Part shown: positions 61,392 through 64,000 of the stretch, in pieces
How positions within the stretch are numbered: the first letter of the stretch is position 1
Layout: each line of letters starts with the position of its first letter
Origin: Trypanosoma brucei
Lineage: Eukaryota
Length of the DNA stretch: 64,000 bases
Assembly: GCA_000002445.1 (NCBI GenBank)
Contig: CH464491.1
Coordinates: 1,472,001-1,536,000 of the forward strand
Direction of reading: 5' to 3'
Notes under the pieces: model-generated
What the model was told of the DNA's origin: nothing
The model's input: only the letters and a program-made list of their open reading frames with translations
Databases searched by the model: none
Translations under genes and position numbers: made by a program

Positions 61392-64000
61392 ATGATAGAC
61401 AGTGATTTGCAGGGTCACCGTGACAGTGGACAACGATGCTCACCGTGGGTAAATTGTGATGCATTCCTGCAACCGGAGATCACTAAACCACTTAGGAACA
61501 TTGTTGTCTGTGACCTCCCAGCACAATGTTACATTATTGGCACGAGTTCCAAAAAAAACATCGAGCAGAAAGAAGTGTTGTTGTTTAATAAAAGTGATGG
61601 TGGTCCTCTTGTCTATAGCTATAGCAGATCATACACGGCGGACGAAGTGGACTCGCTTACCGCTTGTGCATCGAAAGAGGGGCGGCTGCTACATGTCAAA
61701 GCACTACTGGGATGCGTTCGCTTTACTAGTGGTTATTACCTACTTCTGGCAACTAGGCGGCAAACGGTAGCGCGTATAGGCTTTAATCGCATTTTCGAAG
61801 CTCTCGATATTGAACTTGTTTCATTGTGTCTTCCAAAAATGATAGCTTTAACGACCGTAGTGGCCACAAAGGCGGCGACGGTGTTGGGAGTAAAGGGGCC
61901 GGCGAGCTCGTCAATACAAAAAGCTCGTCTTCAAGAGGAGGAGTATTGTCGACAGTTTCTTTCATCGGCACATAAACAAAACCTGTTTTACTCGCGCACA
62001 TATGATTTGACAAACACGCTGCAGTCCAACATGACCATCCCCAGCCAGAGACGGCTTGTGCGGACAAAGTTTGTGTGGAATGAATTTCTTTTGGAACCGT
62101 TATTCACTCTACAGGAGACGGAATCTGTTCGGTGCGAGAGAGAATCTGCTCAAAATGGTGGCCAATCATATGAGGCAGCACCGCTGTGCCCTAAGGATTT
62201 GCGGCGGTGGTTTGTCTACGTTGCGCAAGGGTCTATTGTCCAGCGTGCCGTGTGGTGTGGGTCCCGACCACTGCTCTTTACACTGATAGCCCGCACAAGT
62301 AAAAACTACGCTGGTGCCCGTTACTTTCGTCGCGGTGTGAATGGGAACGGCCACGTTGCAAACCATGTTGAGATCGAGCAAATTATCTCCGACGAATCAA
62401 CGTTGCACGACTATGGGCGAAGAGGCAGTTTTACATCTTACGTCCAGGTACGTGGTTCGGTACCCCTTCACTGGTTTCAGCCACCTACACAACTCCCTAA
62501 ACCACCTATTAAATTGGGCATGAGTAATTTTTATTGCGTCGACACATGCAGACACTTCCAAGAACTTCTAGGGGACTATGGTGCACCAGTTATTGTTGTG
62601 AACTTGCTACGAAAGCGGGAGAAACACCTCCGTGAAGGTGCTCTTGGCAGTGAGTTTAAGAAAGCTGTGGAAACTTTAATTGGATACACAAAAAAGGATT
62701 TTTTAGGTGGGTGCGAAAGCTCATCAAACGTGTTGATCTACAGGGAATATGACATACGGGCCAGTGCACAAGACGCCTGGAACAAGACAACATCGCTGGC
62801 GGAAGAGGTGTTTGCCAAGAACGGTTTTTTTGTATGTGGTACTGACGCGAGCACTGGTGTCGACACTGGTTGTTATGGTCGGTGTTGCATTCATAGTAAT
62901 GGTTATGATGCAGAACGGAGTGTAAGACTACAACAGGGTGTAACTCGCAGCAACTGTCTTGACTGCGTTGATCGAACTAATTTAGCCCAGTATTTCTTTG
63001 GTTTGCATGCACTCGGGTATCAACTGCATGCTCTTGGTCTTCTCCATTCACCAATAGATCTCTCTCTTTCGCCCCAGGTACGCGAGCAGTTCCTGCACAT
63101 GTACCTATTGATGGGAGATATCATTGCCTTGCATTATGGCGGGTCGGCACAGGTGGGGGCTGGTGTGCTAAACCGAGGAACGGGGTGGGACAAAATGATG
63201 GGTATCAAGCGGTTGTACAACAATATCCTCGGTGATCGCGAGAAACAGTTGTTCATGAACCTCTTTCTCGGTCGGTTTCAGCCATGTCCAAATCGGTGCT
63301 CCCCTTCCCAAAACCCAGTGATGCGCATCCCTGATGGTGAACAACAGGGCACTGGGAGCGATGGAAAAGGCAATGAGTCCAACGAATCAACTAATTCCAG
63401 TAAACAGGTTGCTTGTTTAGCAGACCTATCTGAGGGAGCATCTGACTACTACTTAGTGGTCAATGGTGGCCCATCGCTCCCCGATCCCACTGAACTAGTC
63501 GGATGGTGGAAGAAGCCATTACAATTCTTTAGTAGCTTCTTCCAGCCTCGCCAACGGTCCTTGCTGGACGAGAACGCACCTTCCTCTCCTGTGTCCTTCG
63601 GTTTCGTACCGCACGAGGGCGGGAATGGTAAAGGATCTGCAGATGATGAGGAAGAGTACATTGTTCGAGAAATATGCATTGATGAACGTGCGGCAGCCAT
63701 TGATCCATATACGAATAGGGGGTTGGTCGGCGCAGGTGCAGGTGAGTTGAAAGAGGAAGGTTCAGCCGTATTGTTGCAGCGAACAACAGCGGCCACGACA
63801 TCACTTAACCGGAAAACACGGACCCTTCTAACCGCCGCGCACACCGAACCGTCACCACAGATTTTATGGTTCGTGCAGGATTCCTTGTGCAATGAGCAGC
63901 ACCAGGAAGCTGAATTTCCACAGAGCGACGTTGCGTCCAACAAACGTGACATCCCGACAGAAAAGATGCCTGATGATTTACTCTACCATGATCATCTTAC
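61392..64000 (+). CDS. SAC-domain phosphoinositide phosphatase (Sac1/Fig4-like); the 3' end lies beyond the window
   Basis: The frame is open from the ATG at 61392 to the window end (read by hand; absent from the ORF track because no stop is reached). N-terminal SAC region LLGCVRFTSGYYLLLATRRQTVARIGFNRIFEA. RGSVPLHWFQ. Catalytic CX5R(T/S) motif in RSNCLDCVDRTN (about nt 62952-62981). Long insert-rich C-terminal region. Confidence 0.82.
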   Translation, partial: MIDSDLQGHRDSGQRCSPWVNCDAFLQPEITKPLRNIVVCDLPAQCYIIGTSSKKNIEQKEVLLFNKSDGGPLVYSYSRSYTADEVDSLTACASKEGRLLHVKALLGCVRFTSGYYLLLATRRQTVARIGFNRIFEALDIELVSLCLPKMIALTTVVATKAATVLGVKGPASSSIQKARLQEEEYCRQFLSSAHKQNLFYSRTYDLTNTLQSNMTIPSQRRLVRTKFVWNEFLLEPLFTLQETESVRCERESAQNGGQSYEAAPLCPKDLRRWFVYVAQGSIVQRAVWCGSRPLLFTLIARTSKNYAGARYFRRGVNGNGHVANHVEIEQIISDESTLHDYGRRGSFTSYVQVRGSVPLHWFQPPTQLPKPPIKLGMSNFYCVDTCRHFQELLGDYGAPVIVVNLLRKREKHLREGALGSEFKKAVETLIGYTKKDFLGGCESSSNVLIYREYDIRASAQDAWNKTTSLAEEVFAKNGFFVCGTDASTGVDTGCYGRCCIHSNGYDAERSVRLQQGVTRSNCLDCVDRTNLAQYFFGLHALGYQLHALGLLHSPIDLSLSPQVREQFLHMYLLMGDIIALHYGGSAQVGAGVLNRGTGWDKMMGIKRLYNNILGDREKQLFMNLFLGRFQPCPNRCSPSQNPVMRIPDGEQQGTGSDGKGNESNESTNSSKQVACLADLSEGASDYYLVVNGGPSLPDPTELVGWWKKPLQFFSSFFQPRQRSLLDENAPSSPVSFGFVPHEGGNGKGSADDEEEYIVREICIDERAAAIDPYTNRGLVGAGAGELKEEGSAVLLQRTTAATTSLNRKTRTLLTAAHTEPSPQILWFVQDSLCNEQHQEAEFPQSDVASNKRDIPTEKMPDDLLYHDHL

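Noticed and set aside
1-64000. CRISPR arrays, rRNA genes, transposons/retroposons, spliced-leader RNA gene
   Set aside because: No regularly spaced direct repeats, no rRNA-like conserved blocks, no RT/transposase ORFs or terminal repeats, and no SL sequence were seen. The repeats present are simple microsatellites and homopolymers.

Overview
The window is a kinetoplastid-type (Trypanosoma, brucei-like) nuclear chromosome segment. All 25 supported protein-coding genes lie on the + strand. They are separated by 0.2-2.2 kb pyrimidine-rich intergenic regions with AT, TG and CA microsatellites. This is the signature of a single polycistronic transcription unit that is trans-spliced and polyadenylated. 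No tRNA, rRNA, CRISPR or mobile element could be supported. The ORF track accepts TTG and GTG as starts, so several gene starts were moved to the first in-frame ATG. Recognisable products are listed below in window order.
- SMARCAL1/HARP-like SNF2 annealing helicase
- USP-family deubiquitinase
- nuclear-encoded mitochondrial ATP synthase subunit c
- mitochondrial carrier protein
- kinesin-13
- PPPDE/DeSI peptidase
- Ser/Thr protein kinase with a DFS variant of the DFG motif
- MFS sugar/inositol transporter
- aldo-keto reductase
- bacterial-type DUF523/TudS-like Fe-S protein
- twin-CX3C small Tim-like protein
- SRP54
- RAD54
- two tandem malic-enzyme paralogues that share near-identical internal DNA tracts (gene conversion), only the downstream copy having a mitochondrial-type N-terminus
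- a single ORF fusing an ERI-1-like 3'-5' exonuclease to a Tpt1/KptA RNA 2'-phosphotransferase
- the 5' part of a SAC-domain phosphoinositide phosphatase that runs off the window
The remaining CDSs are kinetoplastid-style hypothetical proteins with low-complexity tails (membrane, RGG-box, S/P-rich). The most unusual items are the exonuclease-Tpt1 fusion, the DUF523/TudS-like gene, and the malic-enzyme conversion tracts.
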